A stretch of DNA of 64,000 nucleotides from Amphiscolops sp. MND2022 (Eukaryota). Below are positions 14,795-26,207 of this stretch, one piece after another (position 1 is the stretch's first letter; the number at the start of each line of letters is the position of its first letter). Below the pieces are notes generated by a model. That model had not been told where the DNA came from, did not search any database, and saw only the letters and a list, made by a program, of their open reading frames with translations. A program made the position numbers and the translations under genes. The stretch covers positions 92,878,001 to 92,942,000 of the forward strand of contig OZ076409.1 of the NCBI GenBank assembly GCA_964187785.1. The letters are read 5' to 3'.

Positions 14795-16510
14795 TGTCGT
14801 AAGCATTAGACTCTACTACGCCATCATTTTGGCGATTACAATTAGGCTTACTAGTTGAACTGTCCTTAGGGTTACTGTTTTGCAGTCCTTCGGAATATAC
14901 TTCCGGTCTCTCGGACGAAACGTTCCATCTACTCTGAGTCGAGTGTCCCGATCCGGCACTTAAGGCGGACTGGATCTGGGGCAATATCTGATCGCCCTGA
15001 TATCACTAATTGCCCTTTGAATCTGGGAATTGACACTACACATCATATCATCTAACTCCCTCGACAATCTCGAGTTCAACTCACTAGACAACTTGTTAAT
15101 CTCAGCACTAGAATTACCTCCAGTTGAAATCTGGCCATAATCGGCATTGTTATCAGGACCTAAGTCTCTTGTGGCTGAGTTTCTATTCTCACCATTATTC
15201 TCTAATTCGTCTGCAGATGTACTACCAGGCCTTCTGCCAAAATTACTGCTAACACTTTCATCTCTCCCATTTCTACCGAAATGGTTTTCCCCTAACATAA
15301 TGTCGAGGTTTTCTATGTCAGATAGCATTTCTATTCCTCTTGACTTTCTAGCCTTCTTTTGTCTTCTCGTAGTAGGCATTAAGAACTCGAGGTTGAATAG
15401 TTTATTGGTGGTCTAGGTTTGCAATCTATAAAAGCGGAACAAACTAAGTTTGAGTATCTTAAAGGCAATTGTGTCCACCTCTCGGAACGGGTAGGTATAT
15501 ATACTTCCGAGAGAATGGAATTTACATATTTTGATATAATACCCGCAATTTACAAATTCCTTAAGTCACAAGGTTAGGGCACAACAACGGTTAAAATGAG
15601 GCGGTTAGCACCTTATCAAAGAACTCTAGGAATTCATACTTGTTAGGGTCACGAGATTATATCTTTCCATTTGAAAACATCAACGATATTACTATACGTC
15701 ATCATAGTTGAGTATCATCGGCAACAAACATCAAACAAATAACATAACACAACTATCTAAGGAATGTTCATCACGGAATGCTGCCACGTGCCTACGAATG
15801 TCGGCCGTTGCAACAAACGAGTAGCTTTAGCGTAAATCACGAAACAAAACACAACATGTCCTAAATCGGCCATTGGACTTTAATTCATTCAGAGCGAATA
15901 GCCTAGTTGGTCCAAAAGATTGGTACTAATAGTTGGGTTGGTATGGGGTACTATTTGTTTCAAAGAACGTAAGGCACTAATTATTAACTTCAGGTGTAAA
16001 TAGAGAGCTTACATGACTATTGAGCACTACAACATTATTAATACAATAAGTTGCAACAATGACCAAAGAAAAGCCTAATCCGGCCATCTGCCTAGTATTC
16101 CAACTAATTAATGCACCATTAAGACAAACGGCCATATCCGGCCAATTGATTAAAGCAGCATAGCATCATGAAATACTCGAATATGATTGGTTGGTACATT
16201 AGGCTCAAGTGACGCTTTCGGACTGAAAGCTACATACACTCGAACTCGTTTCCTTTAAGCTGTTTAGTAGCTTGCGTTGAACTATAATTTACATTGAGCA
16301 TTGTTATTTTACAACTTGCAACTTCATTTGTCTAATACGCATTGTATCATAATAAAAATGTAATTGATCTAGGCAAACATAAATATTGGGAGTGAGTTTT
16401 TAGAGTTTAGCGTAAACCTGTTCAAAATGTTGGTAGGGTTCCGGGAATTATCTCTTGACTGGCTGCTGAAGTCGTTATTAAAGTGCCATCACAGGCGGCA
16501 GCCTGCGACA
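14795..16510 (-). repeat. 3' LTR (1716 bp)
   Basis: Matches 46910-49402 except for a 755-bp insertion, a ~20-bp indel, a short rearranged patch near 14990 and a few substitutions. Confidence 0.96.
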
Positions 16511-17261
16511 CTGCGGGTGTTATGAATAGAAAAGAGCCGGCATTCAGTCCGTTCTCGTAGGCCTCTCTCCTGATTCTCGTTATGTAATCTGGTTCTCCTC
16601 GTGGTTTAGATCTCTCAACGTACCAGTCCACCTTTTTCTTTTTGATTGCCTCCACAGACCTGCTGCAGACCATACAGCCAGAATACAGCTTCGTACTCAG
16701 GCTGACGTTTTCATAGGGTCTTGTATTCTGCACATGATAAGAGGCGTGGAAACCCCCCATTACTGGCTGCATAATAGGAGTGTCTGAGCTAGGCCCCCTC
16801 TCGTGTTCAGGGGGTGACATTGGCGTGTCTGGGATTGGCAACAAGGTTTTGCAGATTTCTATGCGCGATTTTCCTGCTTTTTTCGGCGGAGCGTAACACA
16901 TTTCTTTGTCGAAATACCTGTGGTCCAATTTTGGGGTAATATCGGTTCGTACTTGAGCCGAACTTGGCCCAGCTTCTAGTTCGTCTTCCACGGGTTCGTC
17001 CACAGTCATGATCCTGCCTGCTATTAGCATGGGACTTGACGTGACTTCTCTTTCGATCCTTGCCACCAGCTGCTCTGTATCCGTGGAGTCTGTTTGGGAG
17101 TCTGTTTCCCAGTCAGATGATTCGTCTTCGTCACTAGATATGTAGATGACGGATCTTTCGGAGTCATCAGAGTCCGATTCTTCTAAGCCAAACAGCTTCC
17201 TTGAGAGGTTAAATTTGCTCATTATAATTTTCTTGGCAATTTTCGAAGCTAGCTGAGTCAA
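16422..17261 (-). CDS. Accessory ORF of the Gypsy element (279 aa, acidic N-terminus, CxxC) ending inside the 3' LTR
   Basis: Open frame. The C-terminal SQAAACDG...PG.LP is encoded by the first 89 bp of the LTR and is conserved in the solo LTR (11462-11553). Confidence 0.65.
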   Translation of the reverse strand: MTQLASKIAKKIIMSKFNLSRKLFGLEESDSDDSERSVIYISSDEDESSDWETDSQTDSTDTEQLVARIEREVTSSPMLIAGRIMTVDEPVEDELEAGPSSAQVRTDITPKLDHRYFDKEMCYAPPKKAGKSRIEICKTLLPIPDTPMSPPEHERGPSSDTPIMQPVMGGFHASYHVQNTRPYENVSLSTKLYSGCMVCSRSVEAIKKKKVDWYVERSKPRGEPDYITRIRREAYENGLNAGSFLFITPAVSQAAACDGTLITTSAASQEIIPGTLPTF

Positions 17262-18319
17262 CAGTTTGTCGATGAAATATGAGATAGAATGAATATATCA
17301 ATTTTAGGAGATTAGCCGAGTTCGGCCTTTTTCCCGACAATCCGTTTTGGCGGTAGAATCCCTCGGTTGATTCTCCCAATCCGACGTAAACATTTCTGAA
17401 TGGAATTCCATAATTATTCGGCTATCTTTGATGATCCAATGTTTACCCCTCATCAGCAACACCGCTTGGAGAGGTGTGAATAACACTCAAGTTGTTAAAA
17501 CCAACTTCATGATTTTCAAGTGGGTAACTAACAGGTCGCCTGAAGGTAATTAGCGGAGCGCGCCGTAACTTCTTCTTAACATGGCGTTAACCAATCAGAT
17601 TCCTCCGTAGATAAATTGAAAAATTAATAAATAAAATGGCGGAAAATAATAATTCCGAATATTCCAAAATGGCGAATTTCTAACTAAGGGTAAATAAGGG
17701 CAACTGAACAAAACGGTAAAGTGAAACAATGCAAATGGCCGTAATCGGCCTTTAACTAAATAGGCTGCAAATAATGAAGATCTTTGTACATTTCGCTGGC
17801 AGACTCCATGTACAGAATAAATATGTAAATAAACAAGTAGTATTAGTCTGGTAATTTTCTTCAGCCACGAACTCCAACTTCTAATTCCATTACCCCATTT
17901 TAATTCCAGTTCAATTCCGATTATTTTACTCCTGCTTTCTTTATCTGGAAATCTTCATCAGACAGCTTTCGCTACTCATCTTTAGTCTCTCCAACAACCT
18001 TCCTCCCTGAAGTATCCCCGGGACCCGTCCCTAATCCGGATTCGGCCAAATTCTACATCTCTGGAGTCTGATTGGTTCGACATCGATAGGCGAAGCAGAG
18101 CAGAATGTCTTCAGTTGAAGTTTGGTTTGCTTCGGTTTTGAACTTAAAATAACTTGATCAAGGCTAAATTTGTTCACAAAATGCTTCCTGTTTCCATCTG
18201 TAAACACGTGATGACACGAATTTATCAAATTTTCAAAGTACTTCCGGAAGTTTTCTAATGCGGCAAATTGGATTTCTTTCAAGGAAGCTCACCGCCAAAT
18301 TTCATCTCTTTCTAATTAG

Positions 18320-18969
18320 AACATCAGAATGTTGATGAACCACAAGTCCGAAGCAATACTACAACTGGCAATCCCACTGGGCCTCTTCAACGTCCGGTTC
18401 CTATTTCAATGACCAGCAGTGTACCTTCTCCCCCTCCATTTCCTCCAATTAGAGCTGTTCTTAGTCAAACGACGCCAATGGCTGTTGATTCTCACTTTGG
18501 CAATGAGAGCAACATTGATGTCACCACTTATGCGGATGAGATGGTTCAGCGGATGGAAATTTCCCAAGGTCTCATCGGTGATGATCTTGCTCGCCACGAC
18601 GAAGAAGGTCCATTTACGGCTCAAGTCCCAGCTGTACGGGCCACAATTCAGGATCCTGAGTTTGTACGCTCAAGCACTCCAAATCCATCTAACCAGCCCG
18701 GGACTACAGTAGTCAGCCTTTCCCAGCTCGAATCATCCCTCTCAGTTGTGCCGAGGACACAAGCTGACCTCCCTGAGTTACAAGTCAACCCGGACCAGAC
18801 TCAAGAGGTGTCTGAAACTTCATTCCTTCAATCTGAAGAGAATGCTTCATCTTCAGTCATCGAACCGCCGCCACTTCCCGGGAGAAATGAGCAGACCAAA
18901 GCCTCAGGAGAACAAAGTGACACCAATCAAACGCTGGAAAGTGCAACATTACAGTGCATCGACAAGCTT
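18320..18969 (+). CDS. 5' part of the antisense cargo gene of the Gypsy element, cut by the 17.8-kb insertion
   Basis: Ser/Pro/Glu-rich frame open from an AG acceptor near 18320 to ...TLQCIDKL, then an abrupt switch to AT-rich motif arrays. Coding-like sequence resumes at 36727. Confidence 0.65.
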
Positions 18970-19530
18970 TTTTTGGCAATTTTGCGGAAACCACGACAAG
19001 GACTTGCGGAATCCATGACACGCTTACAGAATTCCAATCTCTTTGATGTTTGCGGAATCTAAGAAAAGCCCTTCCTTTGATGTTGCGGAAAGTAAGAAAA
19101 TCTTACTTTCCGCAAATTAAAATCTCAGATTCCACAGAAATATTTAATGAGCCAATTAACCGTCTTGAATTCAATTATCTATCTTAGATTCCGCAATTGA
19201 AAACTGCTCAGTTTAATCTCTTGGATTCCGCAAAAAACTTTTGAAATGACGGAAACCCTTGATTGGGACCAAATAGTTTTAATGTGATTATGTTTGTATT
19301 GAAGTTCTTTTTTGAAGAACTTTTGAAATGATGGAAACCCTTGATTGGGACCAAATAGTTTTATACGGTACATAAATGGTTTAATGGTTTTATGGAATAT
19401 TTTTGATTTTATGTAGATAGTATTTATCTGTAGATATCCACATAAATTTATCATTATTGAATTAAATTGGATTTCAATTAAATTCATTAGTTACAACACA
19501 TTTTGCACACAGAGTTGAAGAAAGTCCAAT

Positions 19531-20070
19531 CCCTGGTTGGAACTGCTTGAACTTTTTACAAGTTTTTGTAGGTTACCAAGCTAATTTTTCATGATTTTAT
19601 AAAATTCTCAAGGAAACCTCCATGCATTAAAACTTCACTGATGCAATTTAAATTTATCAAGCTGCCTATAAGATGCATCCTAAATTTGGCGGCAATTCTG
19701 AGACGTGAAGTTTTGCAGATTTCATAAAGACACCGTTCTAATTTTGAAAGCAGCCGAGACCTTCATCAATTTCACAAGGTTTCAATGAAAACAAAGTTCA
19801 GTCACGTTATAAGTTTCAAAGTAGCGTCATATTCAGCGTGCTATTTGACTAACGGTGTTTACATAAGGTTTACTTGAGAAAGTTACGCGTGAAAACAAAG
19901 TGATCGCGGTGGTGATGAAGTGGAAATGTTTTCAGTTTTAACTCAAATAGTGAAAGCTGCATAGCAATCCTACAAAATGTTTCCATGCATGGTCCCTGAA
20001 TTTTCCATGTTTTATAAAAAATTAGCCGGCATTTTTTGAAGGTGCATGTAAAACTTCGCGGCAACTTCGA
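19531..20070 (+). repeat. Partial copy of the interspersed repeat at 9870-11863
   Basis: Inverted similarity, e.g. ttgaactttttacaagtttttgtaggttaccaagctaatttttcatg; carries the empty site for the solo LTR. Confidence 0.75.
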
Positions 20071-20341
20071 CTATGGATTTATCTTTATCGACACTGGATT
20101 AGGATTCCTTGTTTTTCTAATCAAAGAACCTATATTTTGAAATTTGGTTCAACTCAAAATTGGTACCAAAATTTTTATTTTCCATTCTGAAACAATTCAG
20201 AAATTCATTGATTCGGCACCAAATGGAAATTGGAAATAACATTACAAAATAGTAATAAATCATAAATAAACGATATTGCTAAGTGTTTGAAAATGTTTTA
20301 AACAAAAGTTTGATGAAAATGTCCTCAAGGGATGGAAAATT

Positions 20342-23189
20342 TCATTCCGGAAAGTATTCTTGGCTGTATACTTCGTCGTCGTTGCAAGTTCGGCTCTCGC
20401 TGAACTCAGAGCGGGCAACCGGATCTTCATAATCAAACCTTAATTGCTCGAAGGGTTTGATTGGTTTGATAGCCCGGAGAACAACGACGCGTTGGTTTGG
20501 GTCTGCAAAAAGTTGAATGTCTGTCGACTTCATGTTAGCTTCAGCAACAGAGTGGTTGGCCAGTCGACCCATGCATCTGTTCTCTGGGTGAACGGGGCAC
20601 ACTTCTGCAGTTGCATTTATTATTCTCCGGCCAGGGCCTTTAACTTCCAGGCAATATTCGCGTTTAACGCCCTCGGTTGCTGAAACTTCTTCCATGGTCT
20701 TTTTGGTAAAAATTTGGCCATGATAGTCGATGACCACTTCATTTTAACAAATTCGCGGGTGGCAACGAGTCCCCTGCCAAAATTCGCGAATACTGCTTGG
20801 GTGACTCCTGGCCAGCTTTGGGTTCGGGCTCTTTCAATGAGCAGGGATTGATCTTCATAGTCCATGTTCCCTGCCATTCCTTTATACATTATCTTCTGAA
20901 TTCCACTGTTCTTCCTTTTAGGGGTACTTGTAATCATAGCAAGAACCAGGAGATGAACTTTTTTGATGTCGAGGTGTGAATCATTGGTGTTCCACTTCTG
21001 GCGCTGGAAAAAACAGTTCGTATGATAATGCAGAAAATAAGACCATATCTTTGAACACGTGTCGTTGAAACCAAATATAAATATTGAAGCATTGCTAAAT
21101 TCCACTCAAAGTGGTACTCCTAAATTTTGGAAAAATCATTCTAGGTTTTTTTTCGTTTACTTTGACGAAGTTTATTCAAATATCAGAATCAAAACGTTAA
21201 ATAGGAAATTTGAAGTCTTTTGATGTGAGCAGAAACTTGAAACTGTAGTCCCCAAAATTCGAAAATTTTCTCGGATAACACTTGATTGGAACCAAAATAA
21301 TAAAGTCAAAATCGACATCTTTAAAATAGTACTTGGAAAAATCCGCCCAGGCGTCCTTCCAATGTAGCAGGGTCTGTGTTGCCATTGACGTGCTTGAAAA
21401 AAGCAGAGGCACGCGCTGCTTGGCGAGCATACCGCTGGCGGTCTTGGTGTTTCCTCACAGCCAACTTTACGGTTTCGAAGTCAAATGTGTTGTCGAGTAA
21501 TGTGGAATACACCTCGTTTGCCTGGACTTTCAGCTTTGGCAGCACGATGTCTGGGTTATTCGCAACTGGCAACATGCTGTGAAGGTGGCGTTCCAAATTC
21601 CATAAAGGACTACAACTGTTCTTGAGTACCTGTTAACATAAGTTGCGAAATCCCGTGGAAATAAACGTTTTCAGTACCTGTTAAAATAAGTTATTAACAT
21701 TGTTCGTTTGAACTGAATTGAAGCTTTTAAATTGGTTTAATACATACCGAATCCATATATTGGTCGACAACATGGCTGGGCCTAAAATTTGACTTGCCAT
21801 TAGAGTTGACAAAAAACAACTCTGTATGAATGGCCCGATCATCTGTCTCGCTGATTGATCGTTCGAATTTCGTGCCTTCACCTCCGCTCAGGAAATCACT
21901 CCGCACAGTGCTGAAGTAATTCATCATCCCTTCCAGCAACCATCGTGGGACATTGTACGTGGTCTTCTTAGCACATCGCTCAACAGCATCAATTTCAAGG
22001 GCAAACTGGTCCGTCACTTCGTCCGATTCCTTCATTTGAATAACCGATTGGACAACCGCATGAACTGTGATGTTGCTGAGCTCCCGATCCAGCAACCCAA
22101 GGAAAATCAGAAGATAGGCCAGGAGACTCCGAAAGAAATCGATCTGAACTTTCCTTGTGGCCTCGATTTTCTTCCGGCATCTTCGAACATTGTCTTCTAT
22201 TGTCCATTTCAGGTAGGACTCGACCGGCTCGATTTTATACTCCGGCTTCTTCTTCTTGCATGGGATGGCACTCTGTTGAACACATACTGATTAGAAATTA
22301 TTTGTTTGAATGTTTTTTCAAGGATTTTTGTGGATTGTCTTGGTTTCCACGAAATGAATCTGAATTTTGAATTTCTGTGAAAACAAATGCGGAAAATAAG
22401 ACCATATCTTTATACGCATGTCGTGGAAACCAAATACATATAATAAAACATTGCTGTATTCCACTCAAAGGGGAATACATTATATTATACTCATACTTTT
22501 TGTTTTTTTTTAAAAAAAATAGAATTTTTCATTTAATTTCATAAAATTTGATCAAAGATCAAGATCAAAACGTTAAGTAGACAATTCTGAGTCATCAGAT
22601 GTTAGAAAAAGCTCTAAAATTTAGTCCCAAAGAAAACGAAATTTTTCTCCCATTACCATTGATTGGAACAAAAATTATAAAAGTTACTTGAAACCCTTGA
22701 TTGGAACAAGAATTATGAAATCCTTTGAAACCCTTGATTGGAACAAGAATTATAAAATCAAAGCCGACATTTCCTTTTCACACACAAAAGTAATACCTTT
22801 TCACACACAGGCATTTCACGTGGACGTTTCAGCTGATCAGGGCTCGCAGGGTGGTGGGCAGGAAACGGTGTGTTGATTGGCCTTGTTGGCGGTGGGTTTA
22901 GGGGTATGAGTTCCTGACTCCCACTCGATGCACACTCGGTCATGATGCCATCCTCGTTAATTGAAAACATGGCTGTTGATTGTGCCGATTCAAACGGAGA
23001 GGGGGTAAGTTGGTTCGGGGACTTGGTCGGAGTTCCATGCTGTGCCAACGTGTTATCGAACAATCCAGTTGGGGTTTGCATTTGGCTGAACGAAATAGGG
23101 GTCAAATTTGTCAATTCCCGAAAAGGTGTGCTATGCATGTGAGAAATTGGTATTGGTTGCAAAGTTTGAAAAGTCTTATTTGGATCCAT
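20342..23189 (-). CDS. Spliced gene: tyrosine-recombinase-like remnant fused to a C-terminal SET lysine methyltransferase (SETD8/PR-Set7-like)
   Basis: Predicted phase-0 exons 23189-22797, 22272-21748, 21629-21333 and 21003-20342. SET motifs GRGLVATREF, VIDYHG, GRLANHS and EQLRFDY. YR box-I-like FRSLLAYLLIFLGLLDRELSNIT..NYFSTVR..LFFVNSNGK. One-base frameshift near 20743. Confidence 0.8.
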
Positions 23190-23673
23190 TTCAATTGAAT
23201 ATGTATGCAGATGAGAGACTTGACTTCCAGAAAAAATTTGAAATAATGATTTTACAAATCAAGTTATTTCTGAATAGAATTGGCACGTGTTGACACCCTG
23301 CTGATCCGGATGTCAATCATAATTAAAGAAGAATTGACACCTTCAATGATCCATAGGTATTATCGAATACTTAATTCACTTAATTAGAATTAGCTGTTCT
23401 ATAATACCTCTTGGTATTCGCGGTTCCGGAGGTCAATCATAGTTGATGAAATGACACCTTCAATTATCCATAGGTACTATCGAATACTCAATTCACTCAA
23501 TTAGAACTTAAGGCGCAATTAAGATGTGCAATTATCAATTTCTGGTGAAAATTGCAATTAGTAAGGTGTAATTATTAGTGACCGACATCAGGTATAGACA
23601 TCAGGTATAGACATTCAAATATTTGTACCATCGTTTCACCCGGAAAAATAACTGTCATCCTAAATCATCAAGA

Positions 23674-24963
23674 ATGCTTCTTCAAATCTTTTCCGAGAAT
23701 GAAATTGTCCAGATTTTGGATCCTGCTACCTCAATTTGGGAGTCAGCTAAGATCATTGCATTTATCAATGATTGGTGTGTCAGAATCAAATGGGTTGACT
23801 GGTCGTCCAAGAAGACGGAAGACATTGCTGTTCCCGAAAAAGATCGATCAGAAAGAAATTGCTGGAATATTAGGAAATCGCAGCGACTTGTTCTCGAGAC
23901 AACGCAAAAGAGACGATCTACGCCACTTGTCTTCAACGCTTGCAGACTGGTCAGAAGCTATCAGGTCTACTTTTGGCAACCAGAGTGTGATTGCGTGGAT
24001 ACTGATAGGTGCCGTGATGATCGTTGCTGTGGCTCAGTTGTGATGGGCAGTGTAAAAATAAATGATCCTTTCATTAATCAATGCCTAGTAACAGACGTGG
24101 AAGGCAATGATGTGTTTGTATCATATCGCCAACTACGAAACAAACCTTGTTCCAGAGAGACTAATCCCGATAATGAAAATGATGAAGATGGAGATTCAGA
24201 GTGTGAATCAGCCCGCCCACCAATTCGGAAACAGGCTCGTGTGACTTTCGCCCCTCAGCCCCAGCCACAAATGGACATCATCTCTTTACTCCCAAGTGTT
24301 GACGATGACGTTGACTTGACTTACGTTCCATGTGCCAATGATATAATTAAGGTTGGATCCATTGCATCATATGCCGACGACGAGTTTGAGATCAAGCGAC
24401 TTTTTTATGACCACCAAAGGAAAAAAGCATTTGCATCCATGCTGAGTAGAATCGATCCCGACATTGAAGTGCGAATCCCGTCAAATCGAATCGTCAGCAA
24501 ATCATCCTCCAAAGGCGAAGTATTGGACTTCAATTCCATAACTGAGCCAATTGACCAAGCGTTTGCTTTGTTTTCGGCTATAAAGCGAATTGTGGGTCTC
24601 TCTAAAAATAAACATTCGATTACTGCAACATTGGTTCCCTGCACCCCATTGACAAAAAAATTATGTGGCTTCGAAACCAACAATTGCAAAGAAGCTGTTA
24701 AAAACAGTGTCACGAACAAAGAGGGAATGAGATGGTGTAACGGCACGTGGGACAATGTATTGGGTAGAATGTGGGATTTGATCCCATGTTATTCAAGTGA
24801 TGGAGAAGACGTCCTCATCAAGACAATGAGATTCACCGAAAATCGTGAATTCGGGATGTTCACAATTCGTGTCCAGATCTTAACAACACAAGGTCACTAC
24901 AAAACGGGCTGCCTATATAGAGAACTTTCTCAGAATGTTCCTTCATCAAATACGACACTTTGA
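23674..24963 (+). CDS. Uncharacterised ~430-aa protein with an N-terminal Tudor/Agenet-like (Royal family) domain
   Basis: Long uninterrupted ORF; FSENEIVQILDPATSIWESAKIIAFINDWCVRIKWVDWS fits the Royal-family D...W..AKI.....V.+.W pattern; Cys cluster CDCVDTDRCRDDRCC. Confidence 0.6.
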   Translation: MLLQIFSENEIVQILDPATSIWESAKIIAFINDWCVRIKWVDWSSKKTEDIAVPEKDRSERNCWNIRKSQRLVLETTQKRRSTPLVFNACRLVRSYQVYFWQPECDCVDTDRCRDDRCCGSVVMGSVKINDPFINQCLVTDVEGNDVFVSYRQLRNKPCSRETNPDNENDEDGDSECESARPPIRKQARVTFAPQPQPQMDIISLLPSVDDDVDLTYVPCANDIIKVGSIASYADDEFEIKRLFYDHQRKKAFASMLSRIDPDIEVRIPSNRIVSKSSSKGEVLDFNSITEPIDQAFALFSAIKRIVGLSKNKHSITATLVPCTPLTKKLCGFETNNCKEAVKNSVTNKEGMRWCNGTWDNVLGRMWDLIPCYSSDGEDVLIKTMRFTENREFGMFTIRVQILTTQGHYKTGCLYRELSQNVPSSNTTL

Positions 24964-25134
24964 AAATGAAAGAATGTGATGTTCAAAAACACTTTGAAAA
25001 CTTTTTGATATACTTTCTGTATCACCTTTGATAATTTGTGATCGTAAATTATGAGAATATATTGTTGATGCGAAAACTATTTTTTTTTCAACCTCAATTG
25101 GAACCAAAATGAATTCTCGGTTTCTACGAAATTA

Positions 25135-25510
25135 TAGTTTGTCTTGGTTTCCACAAAATGGATGTGAAATTTGAATTGCTCTGAGAACGAATGCGGAAAA
25201 CAAGACCTTATTTTTAAACACATGTCGTGGAAACCAAATACCTATCCTAAAACATTGTTGAATTTCACTCAACAGGGTATACTCATGATTTTTTCAGAAA
25301 AAAAACCCATGAGTTTGTATTCACTTATTTCGATCAAGGTAATCAATTGTCATTCACATGTCAATATAAAAAGGTATGACAGTTCTGAGTCCTTCTATGT
25401 TGGAAAAAATCTTTGAAAATAAGTTTTGAAAATGGACTCTTTTTCACCTCTTTACATAGGAAACATCACTTTTTCGTCCTCGAAACGACTAGAAAACATC
25501 TGTTAAGGAA
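25135..25510. repeat. Half-copy of the element-internal foldback repeat
   Basis: Matches one arm of the 33490-34062 palindrome (ttgctctgagaacgaatgcggaaaacaagacc...ttctgagtcc). Confidence 0.8.
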
Positions 25511-25749
25511 GATGTTTTTATAAAACATTCAAAAAATGGCTTTTCGTCCATTCAAAGTATAAAAATGGTTTCTCTATTGTATAGACTGAAATGTAATTTT
25601 TGAACGGTCAGAACGACCCATAATTGGAACCAAAAATTTAATGAATCAGAGTCGAGTTAGAAACCTCCCATGCGACCAGAGACTCCGAAAAAGAAGTAAT
25701 TTTTATTGGAAAAACAAGCATTCATGACGGGATCACTGAAAATGTGGAA

Positions 25750-26080
25750 ATTAGGACACTTATCATATTGTCCTGGTTTCCACGGAATTCATCGTGAAAT
25801 TCGAATTGCTCTGAGAACGTATGCGGAAAATAGGACCATATCTTTATACACATGTCGTGGAAACCAAATACATATCTTAAAACATTGCGGAATTTCACCC
25901 AAAGGGGTGTGCTCATGATTTTTTTCAAAAAAAAACCATTGAGTGTTTTTCACTTATTTCAATCAAGGTAATCAAAGGTCATTCAAATATTTTTGTTAAA
26001 AGGTAAAAGAAGCAATTCTGAGTCTTTATATGTGAGAAAAAGCTTTGGAATTAGGTCCTGAAAATGGACTCATTTTCAAC
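25750..26080. repeat. Half-copy of the element-internal foldback repeat, just upstream of the transposase
   Basis: gacacttatcatattgtcctggtttccacgg...ttctgagtc matches an arm of the 29515 and 33490 palindromes. Confidence 0.85.
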
Positions 26081-26207
26081 TCACGATTTGACACTCAAAT
26101 AATTTATGACTTATTGCCTCAAATCATGGACTCAAACTACAGACTCAAATCAATGATAATCAGCCACACCAAAGTTTTACATTCTAATTTAATTTCACTA
26201 TCTAGAC

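Noticed and set aside
16422..17261. env gene
   Set aside because: No signal peptide or transmembrane segment; protein is acidic and low-complexity.
21748..22272. Active Crypton tyrosine recombinase as the mobilising enzyme
   Set aside because: Catalytic R, HxxR and Y could not be found; kept only as a remnant call.
23674..24963. RAG2-like partner gene
   Set aside because: No kelch repeats or PHD spacing recognisable.
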